A stretch of 64,000 nucleotides of DNA from Candidatus Aminicenantales bacterium (GCA_049515535.1 JBEKTZ010000008.1:104173-168172), one strand, 5' to 3'. Numbered from the stretch's first letter, positions 1 to 9,250 are shown. The notes: a model not told the origin generated them from the sequence alone. Made by a program: numbers and translations.

Positions 1-661
1 GGGGGTCAAGGCCGGCCTCCAAATGGTCGGCGATCTCGAGACGACGGTCGTGGCCTGGGCCGGGGACGGAGGGACGTTCGACATCGGCCTCCAAGCGCTG
101 AGCGGCGCGGCCGAGCGCAACGAAGATATCATATACGTCTGCTACGACAACGAGGCTTACATGAACACCGGCATCCAGCGCAGCTCCGCGACCCCAATGG
201 GGGCCTGGACGACCACGACACCGGTCAAGTTCTTCAAAGACCAGCCGAAGAAGGACATCGATGCGATCATGGCGGCCCACCGTATCCCTTATCAGGCCAC
301 AGCCTCCACTTCATACCCCGAGGACCTCTTCAAAAAGGCCAAAAAGGCGAAAGGCATCAGAGGGACGAAGTTTCTTCACATCTACGCGCCCTGCCCGACG
401 GGTTGGAAGAGCCGTCCGGAAGACGTGGTCAAGCTCGGCCGGATGGTCGTTCAAAACGGCATTTTCCCGCTTTACGAAATTAAGCATGGCGAAAAATACA
501 CCCTTAGTATGAAGATCAAGGACAAGAAGCCAATCGACGACTACCTCAAGCTCCAGGGACGGTTCCGCCATCTGAAACCCGATCAGATCAAGGGCATACA
601 GGAAGAAGTGGACCTGGCCTGGGCCCGCCTCTTGAAGAAGTGCGAAACGAACGGAGCGTGA
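1..661 (+). CDS. porB: 2-oxoacid (pyruvate/2-ketoisovalerate-type):ferredoxin oxidoreductase, beta (TPP-binding) subunit; 5' end lies outside the window
   Basis: Reading frame is open from position 2 (GVKAGLQ upstream of the first Met). TPP-binding beta-subunit motifs GDGG.FDIG and CYDNEAYMNTGIQRS are present. Length and C-terminus match the PorB/VorB family. Confidence 0.8.
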   Translation, partial: GVKAGLQMVGDLETTVVAWAGDGGTFDIGLQALSGAAERNEDIIYVCYDNEAYMNTGIQRSSATPMGAWTTTTPVKFFKDQPKKDIDAIMAAHRIPYQATASTSYPEDLFKKAKKAKGIRGTKFLHIYAPCPTGWKSRPEDVVKLGRMVVQNGIFPLYEIKHGEKYTLSMKIKDKKPIDDYLKLQGRFRHLKPDQIKGIQEEVDLAWARLLKKCETNGA

Positions 662-672
662 TCGAAGATTCG

Positions 673-1164
673 ATGAAAGGAAGAATTTTATCGATCGTCA
701 TGCTCTTGGCCGCGGGAGCGGCCGTTTTCGCCTCGCAAGTCGAGAATCAGCCCGCTCCGGCCTTTTCCATTAAAGACCTCACCGGAAAAACGCTGGCCCT
801 GGCCGATATGAAAGGCAAGATCGTCGTCCTCAATTTCTGGGCGACGTGGTGTCCTCCCTGCCGCGAAGAAATCCCGGACTTCGTCGAGTTCTACGGCCGG
901 AACAAGACCAGCGGCCTGGAAATCGTCGGCGTGTCCGTCGATGACATGACCGCCCGGGAGCTTCTGCCGTTCGTCCGGAAAAACAACATGAGCTACCCGG
1001 TGGCTCTCGTCACGGAGAAGATTCTCAAAAGCTATGGCCCGATCGAGGCCATCCCAACGACCTTCGTCATCGATAAGAAAGGGATCATCCGCCATGTTCA
1101 GGTCGGCATGATGGATAAAACTTCGTTGACGGGGCTGTTTCGGAAGTTATCGGCCGAAAAATAA
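673..1164 (+). CDS. TlpA/ResA-like periplasmic thiol:disulfide oxidoreductase (thioredoxin fold)
   Basis: WCPPC active-site motif. N-terminal signal peptide MKGRILSIVMLLAAGAAVFA. The first ATG is at 673; the track start at 640 is a GTG lying inside the preceding gene. Confidence 0.75.
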   Translation: MKGRILSIVMLLAAGAAVFASQVENQPAPAFSIKDLTGKTLALADMKGKIVVLNFWATWCPPCREEIPDFVEFYGRNKTSGLEIVGVSVDDMTARELLPFVRKNNMSYPVALVTEKILKSYGPIEAIPTTFVIDKKGIIRHVQVGMMDKTSLTGLFRKLSAEK

Positions 1165-1176
1165 ACCCATTCGACT

Positions 1177-1250
1177 CCCCGGGCTGAAGCCCGGGGTATA
1201 TTCAGGGTTAATACTGAGCGGCGCTTTTACCCCGATTTAAAAATCGGGGG
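1177..1250. terminator. Two tandem GC-rich hairpins between convergent genes (TlpA-like + / fabH -); probable bidirectional terminator region
   Basis: Perfect palindrome CCCCGGGC-tgaa-GCCCGGGG (~1177-1196) and a second hairpin CCCCGATTT-aa-AAATCGGGG (~1230-1249), lying between two convergent stop codons. T-tracts are weak. The first palindrome is also a repeat-family member (see findings). Confidence 0.4.
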
Positions 1251-1360
1251 TTTGCGCCGTCGAACGTATAAGCGGGCGCCGGGTGACGCCGTTCCTGGAG
1301 CCTCGCCGCGCTCTGCGGACGGATCTGTCCCGATCATATCTCCGACTTCGTTTCCGGCTC

Positions 1361-2356
1361 TCACCATTTGTAGACGATTGACGCCCAGGTGAAGCCGGCC
1401 CCGAACGCATCGAGGAGCATGACCGTCCCCGGCTTCAGCTTTTTGGCCTGCCGCAACTCGTGAATCGCGACGGGAATGCAGGCGACGGACATATTGCCGT
1501 AGCGGTCGATATTCACGTATATTTTTTCCTTGGGAACCTTCAGGCGTTCTCCCACGGCGTTGATGATTCGGATATTGGCCTGATGAGGGATAAAAACGTC
1601 CACGTCGTCTTTGGTCAAACCCGCTCTCTTCAACGCTTCCTCGGCCGCCTCGTCCATCCGCTTGACGGCGTGTTTGAAGACATCATTGCCTTTCATGTAC
1701 ATATAATGCCCGTCCTCGGCGACGGTTTGGTGAGACGCGGGTTTCAGTGTCCCGCCGGCCGGGACCAGAAGAAGACCGGCCAATGTGCCGTCCGCCTTCC
1801 AATAAGACGACAGCATTCCCATTCCGTCATGGCTTTCTTCGAGGACTGCGGCCCCCGCCCCGTCCCCCAGGAGGACGCACGTGCCGCGGTCCTTCCAATT
1901 GGTAACCTTGCTCAGCGTTTCGCCGCCGATCAAGAGAATCCGACGGGCCGTCCCGCTGAAAATGAGGCTTTCCGAGATGATCATTCCATAAAGGAAGCCC
2001 GTGCAACCGGCCATGACGTCAAACGCGGGCACCGTGCCCGCTTCGAGCTTCGCCTGGACCCAGCAGGCAGTCGAGGGGAAGACCGTATCGGGTGTGTTGT
2101 TGGCGACGATGATGAGATCGATGTCCTTGATCTCCAAGTGGGCGTTCTTGAGCGCCCGCCGCGCGGCCTCCACGCACAGATCGGATGTGGCCTGGTTCGC
2201 GGCGGCGATGTGCCTCTCGCGGACGCCCGAACGCGAGACGATCCATTCGTCCGTCGTATCGACCATCTTTTCCAAGTCGGCGTTGGTCAGGATTTGGTCG
2301 GGGACATAAAATCCCGTCCCCACGATTTTGATGCGTCTCTGTTTGTCCATGGCCAT
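1361..2356 (-). CDS. fabH: 3-oxoacyl-[acyl-carrier-protein] synthase III (beta-ketoacyl-ACP synthase III)
   Basis: Full-length similarity to FabH (IVGTGFYVP, active-site Cys in AGCTGFLYG, C-terminal GFGAGFTWAS). The ATG at 2356 is preceded by GGAGAGAAGGA. The upstream 17 codons in the track are probably not translated. Confidence 0.9.
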   Translation of the reverse strand: MAMDKQRRIKIVGTGFYVPDQILTNADLEKMVDTTDEWIVSRSGVRERHIAAANQATSDLCVEAARRALKNAHLEIKDIDLIIVANNTPDTVFPSTACWVQAKLEAGTVPAFDVMAGCTGFLYGMIISESLIFSGTARRILLIGGETLSKVTNWKDRGTCVLLGDGAGAAVLEESHDGMGMLSSYWKADGTLAGLLLVPAGGTLKPASHQTVAEDGHYMYMKGNDVFKHAVKRMDEAAEEALKRAGLTKDDVDVFIPHQANIRIINAVGERLKVPKEKIYVNIDRYGNMSVACIPVAIHELRQAKKLKPGTVMLLDAFGAGFTWASIVYKW

Positions 2357-2401
2357 TCCTTCTCTCCGATGATTTTTCTTAATAGCATAAGCCGCTTGAA
2401 T

Positions 2402-2430
2402 TTGCAAATCGAGCCCAACTCGGGTAGAAT
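2402..2430 (+). promoter_or_regulatory. sigma70-like promoter (-35 TTGCAA, 17-nt spacer, -10 TAGAAT) for the outer-membrane protein gene; the transcript would be nearly leaderless
   Basis: Hexamers are read directly from the sequence. The -10 ends ~9 nt before the ATG at 2440. Confidence 0.35.
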
Positions 2431-2439
2431 TTTCGAGCT

Positions 2440-3693
2440 ATGAAAAAGGAGCGGGTTTTATTGATTTTTTTCTTGTTGACGGCGACGCTGTCCATGTTTC
2501 CCGCTATCTCCTCCGCGCAGCTCGTTCTAGGCCAGTATGAGGGTGAAGCTCCGTTCCGGACCTGGAACACGTTTCCCTTTGCCGGCGCGGCCGCTCTCGG
2601 CCGGGGTGAAACTTGCTTTGCCCTGGCTTCAGACGCATCCTCGGCGCTGTCCAACCCGGCTCTCCTCCCCGGCCTTCCGAAATTCAGCCTGACGATCGGC
2701 GGCTATTATCAGGTCGCCGAATTCTACAAATACGGCCCGGTAAACACGGGAGTCATGGGAACGGAAAATAACATCGGGCAAGGGCTGTTTGGCCTGGATT
2801 CCGCCGGAGTGTCCTATTCCCTTGGCGGTTGGGCCTTCGCCCTGAACGTCTCTGTGACGGAGCTTTACAATCGGCCGGAAGCCAAATACGAAGAAACTTA
2901 CGGCGATGGCTCCGCCTATTTATTGGACTTCACCCAGGAGGGCATTCTCAGAAATATCAATTTTTCCATAGGGCGACGGATCTTTCCCTGGCTCAGCGCC
3001 GGCCTAGGGCTGAATTACGTGACCGGCAGCCTCCACAGGAAATTGTTGGAGCAGGAAACCCCGGTCGGCTATACGATCTCGGATCAGATTGGACAGGATT
3101 TCACGGGATTCTTCATTAACGGGGGCTTCCTGGTCGAGATTTCGGACAAATTCAAGGCCGCCGCGGTCTTCCGGACACCCTACGCGAAAAAGGCCGCGAA
3201 CAGCGGCGTCTTACGGTACAGCTACGCGACGTCGTCCGGTGCGCCGCCCGATATCGTCATATCGGCCTCATCGAATGATGTGGCCGAACAGCCGCCAATT
3301 CTCGGGTTTGGCTTGAGTTATGCGGTTCTTCCCGAGCTCGTCCTGACCGCGGACTCAACGTATTTCGCCTGGTCGAAATATAAGTTGGATGAGTTCGGAG
3401 AAAAGCAGGAGCGCGATTTCAAGGACATCGTCAAGCTTGGAGCGGGCGCGGAATATACGGCCCAGGCCGGGGTTTTCGGGGCTCAGGCCTCGATCCCGTT
3501 CAGAATCGGCCTCGTTTACGATCCGCAACCCATGAAAAACCCCGGTTCTTCTTATATCGCCTTCACTTTCGGAAACGGCGTGCATTGGAAAAACCTGCGC
3601 CTGGATCTGGGGGCCATGCTGGGCCGGGAATCGGGTTCCGGGAACAGCCTGGCCGTGAAAAGATTCGCACTTTCGCTCGGTTTTAACTTATAA
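2440..3693 (+). CDS. Putative outer-membrane beta-barrel protein (FadL/TodX-like size and organisation)
   Basis: Sec signal peptide MKKERVLLIFFLLTATLSMFPAISSAQ. Gly/Tyr/Phe-rich alternating hydrophobic strands throughout. No catalytic motifs. Family assignment is tentative. Confidence 0.5.
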   Translation: MKKERVLLIFFLLTATLSMFPAISSAQLVLGQYEGEAPFRTWNTFPFAGAAALGRGETCFALASDASSALSNPALLPGLPKFSLTIGGYYQVAEFYKYGPVNTGVMGTENNIGQGLFGLDSAGVSYSLGGWAFALNVSVTELYNRPEAKYEETYGDGSAYLLDFTQEGILRNINFSIGRRIFPWLSAGLGLNYVTGSLHRKLLEQETPVGYTISDQIGQDFTGFFINGGFLVEISDKFKAAAVFRTPYAKKAANSGVLRYSYATSSGAPPDIVISASSNDVAEQPPILGFGLSYAVLPELVLTADSTYFAWSKYKLDEFGEKQERDFKDIVKLGAGAEYTAQAGVFGAQASIPFRIGLVYDPQPMKNPGSSYIAFTFGNGVHWKNLRLDLGAMLGRESGSGNSLAVKRFALSLGFNL

Positions 3694-3704
3694 TAGACAG
3701 GAAC

Positions 3705-4757
3705 ATGAGAAAGAAAACTTGGGCTGTTTTCATTTTGATTTTTCTCACGAGCTCCGGGACGCTGCTCTTTTCCCAAGGCGGGCTCAACGGCGCCTATCAC
3801 TCCTATCTTGAGCTCGAAGCGGATATGCTGGCGCTCCAGCAGAAATACCCCAATATCGTCAAGGTCTTCGACATCGGCGACAGCGTGGAGAAACGAAATA
3901 TCTATGCCATGAAGATCAGCGACAACGTCGCTGTCGATGAGGACCAGGCCGAAATTCTCCTGCTGGGATGCCATCACGCCCGGGAATGGATCTCGGTCGA
4001 AGTCCCGTTCCTGATAGGAAAATATCTGGCCGAGAATTATGCCGTGAACCCCGACGTCAAACGCCTCGTGGACCAGAGCCAGATCTGGATCGTCCCTCTC
4101 GTCAATCCCGACGGACTGGAATATACGATTCACGTCTATCGCTACTGGCGGAAGAACCGGCGCGATAACGGCAAAGGCGATTTCGGCGTGGACCTCAACC
4201 GGAACTACGGCTATCAATGGGGCGTCGATAACGACGGATCGAGCCCCAATCCCGCCTCCTACGTTTATCGGGGACCGGCGCCGTTTTCCGAGCCGGAGAC
4301 GCAGGCGATCAGGGACCTTTTCCTGAGGAAAAATTTCCGGTCGCTGATTTCGTACCACAGCTTTTCCCAGACGATCATGTATCCCTGGGGCTATACCGAC
4401 AAGCTGGCGCCCGATACAGAGGCGCAAATGAGGGAGATCGCCGCGGCGATGTCGGCGAAGATCCAGTCGGTCAACGGCCGGCTTTACGAATACGGACAGT
4501 CCGGCAAAATCCTGTACGTCACGAACGGGGACGTGACGGATTGGGCCTACGCCATGAGCGGCATTCCAGCCTATACGATCGAAGTCCCGCCCATCGACGA
4601 GATCGGAGGCGGCTTTTTCAATCGGGAAGAAGACATCACCCCGATCCTGCAAGAAAACCTGCCCGCCGCCCTCTATCTCATCGATCGCACCATTCAGGAT
4701 TATCGGCCCCTGACTCAGGCCCCGTTCGATCTGCGCGCTTTGTTCTTCAAGAGATAG
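3705..4757 (+). CDS. Secreted M14 family zinc carboxypeptidase (carboxypeptidase T/A-like)
   Basis: Signal peptide. Zn-binding HxxE (HHAREW), NPDG, DLNRNY and a second His region typical of peptidase M14. Confidence 0.8.
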   Translation: MRKKTWAVFILIFLTSSGTLLFSQGGLNGAYHSYLELEADMLALQQKYPNIVKVFDIGDSVEKRNIYAMKISDNVAVDEDQAEILLLGCHHAREWISVEVPFLIGKYLAENYAVNPDVKRLVDQSQIWIVPLVNPDGLEYTIHVYRYWRKNRRDNGKGDFGVDLNRNYGYQWGVDNDGSSPNPASYVYRGPAPFSEPETQAIRDLFLRKNFRSLISYHSFSQTIMYPWGYTDKLAPDTEAQMREIAAAMSAKIQSVNGRLYEYGQSGKILYVTNGDVTDWAYAMSGIPAYTIEVPPIDEIGGGFFNREEDITPILQENLPAALYLIDRTIQDYRPLTQAPFDLRALFFKR

Positions 4758-4995
4758 CGATTGATCCGGTTCTTTCCGATAAATGAAGATGCCTCAGCCC
4801 GACGGCAAGGAGAAATAACCGCTGGACGCCCTATCGAATCTGCAACACGCCTCTTCGATCGAAAGAGAAGGACTTCCGTTCTGGATTCTTTGGCTTCTTC
4901 TCTGCATCATCCTTCTTCTCCTGGCCTTCATTTTTCTCCGGGATAGGGATCTCCGCCAGAGGCTGAATAAATTTCTTTCCGGCGCCAAGCGGCGG

Positions 4996-5535
4996 ATGAA
5001 GCGGACGCAGCTTCAGATCCGCCTGAACCGGGAAAAGAGAAGAAAGGGAGAGCTCTTAAGAGAGTTGGGCAAGAACGCCTGGCTGGCCAAGCTTCCCGAT
5101 AAGAAATACGATCCTCTTTTTCATAACCTCGAACAATTGGAAAACGAGGGTTGTGAGCGCCAAGCCGAATTGAAAGGCATTCTGGCCGGAATCATCGATC
5201 TTCAAAAGAAACAGGAGGATGCCCGCCAAACCCATAAACAGCTGACCAAGCTCAAAGAGGCCGGACAGAACCCGGACGGCCAGAGGATCCGCGCCGCTAA
5301 GGACGAGGAAAAGCGTCTCAAGAAAGAGATCAAAGACGACGAAAAGAAGATCAAGGCCGGCCAGGACGCGCTGAAAGATATCGACCGCCGGAAAGCGGAC
5401 CAGTTCATCCGGCTCGGAACCATCATCGACGAGGGCCGGCCGGAGACCAAGGATTTTCTGGGTTTTTACGTCCAGATCGACAAGAGCAACCGGCAAATCC
5501 TCCATTATATGAGCGAGATCGAGAAATTCCGTTAG
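4996..5535 (+). CDS. Hypothetical coiled-coil protein (K/E-rich), possibly with an N-terminal transmembrane extension from a non-ATG start
   Basis: Strongly charged heptad-like sequence. The same frame is open upstream to ~4819 and encodes a hydrophobic helix (ILWLLLCIILLLLAFIFL). A CTG at ~4822 lies 9 nt after AAGGAG. Confidence 0.4.
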   Translation: MKRTQLQIRLNREKRRKGELLRELGKNAWLAKLPDKKYDPLFHNLEQLENEGCERQAELKGILAGIIDLQKKQEDARQTHKQLTKLKEAGQNPDGQRIRAAKDEEKRLKKEIKDDEKKIKAGQDALKDIDRRKADQFIRLGTIIDEGRPETKDFLGFYVQIDKSNRQILHYMSEIEKFR

Positions 5536-5572
5536 GCTTTACCTCATTTCCCATCCGTCATAGAATTTAAAG

Positions 5573-6124
5573 ATGCCCAAGCCCCCGATATTCGCTCATA
5601 TCTGCTGCGCCCCCGATGCGGCGTACGTCGTGGAACTCCTTCAAAAAGATTATGACGTCACGGGATATTTCTACAACCCGAACATCGGACCTCCGGCTGA
5701 GTACGCTCTCCGCCTGTCCGAGACGCGCAAGGTCGAACGCATTCTCGGCTTCGGGCTGGTGGAAGGCGACTATGAGCAGGATCTATGGTCGAGACTCACC
5801 CGCGGGTTCCGGGGCGAACCGGAAAAAGGACGGCGCTGCGATATCTGTTACGCCCTGCGGCTCGATCGAACGGCGCGGAAAGCGGTCGAATCCGGGTTTC
5901 CCGCATTCACGACCATCATGAGCGTTTCTCCCTGGAAGAAGGCGGAGGTCATCAATAGGATCGGACGCCTGATCGGGCGAAAACACGGCCTTCGCTTCCT
6001 TGAAGCTGATTTCAAAAAAAAAGGCGGATTCCAAAAGAGCGTCGAGCTCAGCCGCCTTTACGGGCTCTATAGGCAAAATTACTGCGGCTGCATTTGCAGC
6101 CGGCGGGACACGATCAATAAATGA
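5573..6124 (+). CDS. queH: Epoxyqueuosine reductase QueH (DUF208 family)
   Basis: N-terminal HICCAPDA Cys cluster plus a C-terminal CGC..C pattern. Length ~180 aa, characteristic of QueH. Confidence 0.7.
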   Translation: MPKPPIFAHICCAPDAAYVVELLQKDYDVTGYFYNPNIGPPAEYALRLSETRKVERILGFGLVEGDYEQDLWSRLTRGFRGEPEKGRRCDICYALRLDRTARKAVESGFPAFTTIMSVSPWKKAEVINRIGRLIGRKHGLRFLEADFKKKGGFQKSVELSRLYGLYRQNYCGCICSRRDTINK

Positions 6125-8400
6125 ACGGCTCAGCGCTCCGGATCACGGTCTTCGGCGTCGTCCAGGGCGTCGGATTCAGGCCCTTCATTTATCGCCTCGC
6201 CGGACGTTTCGGCTACAAAGGCTGGGTCAAAAATGCCGGCCGCGGGGTCGAGATCCACATCGAGACCGAAAGAAAAACCTCCTTTAAAAAATTTCTCGAG
6301 GCGATCACGGCCGAAAAACCTCCTCTGGCCCGGATCGAGAGCTTGACGTCTGAGCGCGCGGGCTTCAAAGGTCATCAGGATTTCACGGTCAAAAAGTCCG
6401 GCAAAGGGAAGCGTTTCGTATTTGTCTCTCCCGATATTTCGACCTGCGCGAACTGCCTCGAGGATATCGCGAACCCCGAGGACCGCCGGTTCCGCTATCC
6501 ATTCACGAACTGCACCGACTGCGGCCCCCGCTACACGATCGTGACGGAGCTGCCGTACGACCGTCCCTCCACGACGATGGCCGGCTTCCCGATGTGCCCG
6601 GACTGTTCCGCCGAGTACGACGATCCCCGCGACAGGCGCTATCACGCCCAGCCGATCGCCTGTCCGCGCTGCGGCCCGTCGGTCCGGCTTCGCGAGGCGA
6701 AAACGGGCCGGGAGATCCCGGGAGGAATCGAGCGGGCTGCCGCGCTCATCGGGCAAGGCAAAATCCTGGCGATCAAAGGGCTCGGCGGATTTCATCTCGT
6801 CTGCGACCCCCTGAATCTCAAGGCCGTCCGCCGGCTGCGTCGGATCAAGGAACGGCGCACAAAGCCTCTGGCCCTCATGGCCCGGGATCTGAGGACCATC
6901 GAGAAATACGCCCCGATCTCGCCCGAAGAGAGAAAATTCCTTCTCTCCGAAAGGCGTCCGATCGTCCTTCTGAAAAAGAAAAGGGACATTCCCGGGATTG
7001 CCCCGAATCTCGACGACATAGGGTTCATGCTTCCTTTTACGCCGTTGCATCATCTTTTGCTCGAGGATATCGAGCTTATCGTGGCGACTAGTTCGAACAT
7101 GAAAGATGCCCCGATCATGAAAGACGAGAACGAAGGCATCCGGAGCCTCTGCGATGCCATCCTCGGCCACGACCGGCCGATCGCGATGAGAGCGGACGAC
7201 TCCGTGCTCAAGATCGTGGACGCGGCGCCGCTTTTTATCCGCAGAGCGCGCGGCTATGTCCCTTATCCGCAGAAGGTTCCGGCGGAGCTCCGCTCCTCCC
7301 GATCCATCCTGGCCTTGGGAGGCGAGCTCAAAGACACGGTCTCCATATATAAAAACGGCTATATCGTCACGAGCCAGTTCCTGGGCGACCTGGATGAATA
7401 CAAAAACCGGATCTATTTCGAAGAGACGATCGCCCATTTGACGAAATTGTTCGACCTCAAGCCGGATTGTGTGGTCACGGACCTCCATCCCGGCTTTCAT
7501 TCGACCCGCCATGCCAAAAAGCTCGGACTTCCCCATCTTCAGGTCCAGCACCATCATGCGCATGTCCTGGCCGGCATGATCGAACATGGGATTTCTCCAG
7601 GAACCAGGGTTCTCGGCGTCGCCTGGGACGGCTTCGGCTACGGCGCCGACGGAACGGCTTGGGGCGGAGAATTTCTTCTGGCCGACTATCTAACCTTCGA
7701 GAGGTTCGCCCATTTCGAGCCCGTCCCTCTGCCCGGCAGAGACCTAGCGGCCAAGCAGCCGTGGCGGATGGCCTTAGCCTATCTCCGTGAAGCCGGGGTT
7801 GTCCGCGTTCCTCGGTTAGGAACTCTCAGAAGCATCAAGGAAAGAAAAATCCGGGGGGTGAAGGCCATGATGGACGGCCGGATCCATTCTCCATTGTCGT
7901 CGAGTTGCGGCCGGTTGTTCGATGCCGTTTCCGCCCTCCTCGGCACCGCCCCGATCGAGAACGAGTTCGAAGCCGAGGCGGCCATGCGGCTGGAAGCAAC
8001 AGCCTCGGGACGCGAGAAAAGGCCCTATCCTTTTCTTATAACTTGCGAAAAAAAGCCCTTTCTGATCTCCTTCGCGGAAACTGTCCGGAGCCTCTTGGCG
8101 GACCTTGAGCGAGGCTTATCGCCGTCCCGGATCTCCGGAAAATTCCACGCCACGCTGGCCCGCGTCATCGTCGAAGTCGCACTGAAGGCGAAGAAGGAAC
8201 ACGGGATCGAAATCGTCGTTCTCAGCGGAGGGGTCTTTCTGAATGCGAAACTGCTTCGGCTCGCCGCCGAAGGATTGAGACAAAGGGGATTGAGAGTTTT
8301 AAGACCCCTTGGTTATTCTCCGAACGATGAATCTCTATCCGTGGGACAGATCGCCCATGCCTTGGCCCGGATGGGAAACAAGCGGACCCTCAAGCGCTAG
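6121..8400 (+). CDS. hypF: [NiFe]-hydrogenase maturation carbamoyltransferase HypF
   Basis: Acylphosphatase domain (VQGVGFRPFIY). Two CxxC-x18-CxxC zinc fingers. YrdC-like and Kae1/YgjD-like domains. Start overlaps the queH stop (ATGA). Confidence 0.9.
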   Translation: MNGSALRITVFGVVQGVGFRPFIYRLAGRFGYKGWVKNAGRGVEIHIETERKTSFKKFLEAITAEKPPLARIESLTSERAGFKGHQDFTVKKSGKGKRFVFVSPDISTCANCLEDIANPEDRRFRYPFTNCTDCGPRYTIVTELPYDRPSTTMAGFPMCPDCSAEYDDPRDRRYHAQPIACPRCGPSVRLREAKTGREIPGGIERAAALIGQGKILAIKGLGGFHLVCDPLNLKAVRRLRRIKERRTKPLALMARDLRTIEKYAPISPEERKFLLSERRPIVLLKKKRDIPGIAPNLDDIGFMLPFTPLHHLLLEDIELIVATSSNMKDAPIMKDENEGIRSLCDAILGHDRPIAMRADDSVLKIVDAAPLFIRRARGYVPYPQKVPAELRSSRSILALGGELKDTVSIYKNGYIVTSQFLGDLDEYKNRIYFEETIAHLTKLFDLKPDCVVTDLHPGFHSTRHAKKLGLPHLQVQHHHAHVLAGMIEHGISPGTRVLGVAWDGFGYGADGTAWGGEFLLADYLTFERFAHFEPVPLPGRDLAAKQPWRMALAYLREAGVVRVPRLGTLRSIKERKIRGVKAMMDGRIHSPLSSSCGRLFDAVSALLGTAPIENEFEAEAAMRLEATASGREKRPYPFLITCEKKPFLISFAETVRSLLADLERGLSPSRISGKFHATLARVIVEVALKAKKEHGIEIVVLSGGVFLNAKLLRLAAEGLRQRGLRVLRPLGYSPNDESLSVGQIAHALARMGNKRTLKR

Positions 8401-9223
8401 CTTCAGGATCGTTCTCCCTGTCTTCGGATCCTTTGTTCCTCATTTCCTTTTCTTGCTCCGGGGCCGGAATCTGCAAATGGAGTTTGAGGCCTCCGATCAG
8501 GGAGAGAATGAAATTCAAGATCACGCCCTTGAGGAAAGCGAGGACGCCGAAAACCAGAAATCCGATCACCCCGCCCGACAACCCGTCTATGAGGGCGCCG
8601 AAGAGCTTGCCCTGGAGATTGGCGAGCGAGGCCGGCAGAAACGTCAGATATTTCGAAAAATATCCCGTGGCTCCGGCAAAAACCCCGGCGACGACTCCGA
8701 TGAGAACGCCCAGGACGCCGCCGAACAGGAACAAAGACGACAGCTGGACCGAGCGCAAGGCAAAGGTTCCTTTTTTTTGGCGGATATTGATGATTTGTCC
8801 TTGGCCGATGGTCCCTGTTTCCCTAAAGATTTCCTTTCCGAAGCCGGTCGTTCTGCAATTCGGGCAAGTCATCAAAGGTTTTTGGAGTTTGGCGCCGCAT
8901 TTGGGACAAGTGGACCGTTCCGAGCCGAAGTTCCCTCCGCAGCGGGCACAGACGGCCGACTCCAGCTTATTTTCGAATCCGCAATAGACGCAGATCGCTT
9001 TCTTCTCCTTCTGCGACGGCGGCTCGGCCTGGATCCAATCCTTTCCGTCGAAGAAATACCACTTGCCCGTCTGGGCCCCGATCATCCAGAAGTGACCTTG
9101 GTCGTCCTTGATCCGCAGCTTTTTCATCTCGTCGATGAACTGCTGGCGGGAAATTTCCCCGGTTTGGAACCTTGCCTTCAGGTTGTTGAAGGCTTCGATG
9201 ACGCCGATGAACGAGTTTTCCAT
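8390..9223 (-). CDS. Double zinc-ribbon domain membrane protein (hypothetical)
   Basis: Two CxxC...CxxC ribbons (CVYCG...CARCG and CPKCG...CPNCR). Gly-zipper-rich C-terminal TM region. ATG at 9223 with GAAGGAGAGGGG upstream. Confidence 0.55.
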   Translation of the reverse strand: MENSFIGVIEAFNNLKARFQTGEISRQQFIDEMKKLRIKDDQGHFWMIGAQTGKWYFFDGKDWIQAEPPSQKEKKAICVYCGFENKLESAVCARCGGNFGSERSTCPKCGAKLQKPLMTCPNCRTTGFGKEIFRETGTIGQGQIINIRQKKGTFALRSVQLSSLFLFGGVLGVLIGVVAGVFAGATGYFSKYLTFLPASLANLQGKLFGALIDGLSGGVIGFLVFGVLAFLKGVILNFILSLIGGLKLHLQIPAPEQEKEMRNKGSEDRENDPEASA

Positions 9224-9250
9224 CGTTTTCCCCTCTCCTTCAGGCTCCAT

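Noticed and set aside
6130-7587. 485-aa - strand ORF, plus other long antisense ORFs (1460-2443 +, 15362-16465 -, 38567-40402 +, 59789-61219 +, 61449-62699 -, 48268-49461 +, 12799-13581 -, 11509-12090 +, 57595-58371 +)
   Set aside because: Each lies opposite a gene with clear family motifs (hypF, fabH, M14-like, iorA, secreted protein, fadD-like, copA, GH95-like, flavodoxin, Gfo/Idh/MocA oxidoreductase). Compositional artefacts of a GC-rich genome.
8433-8987. 184-aa + strand ORF inside the zinc-ribbon gene region
   Set aside because: Antisense to the zinc-ribbon membrane protein gene. Pro/Arg-rich composition and no RBS.
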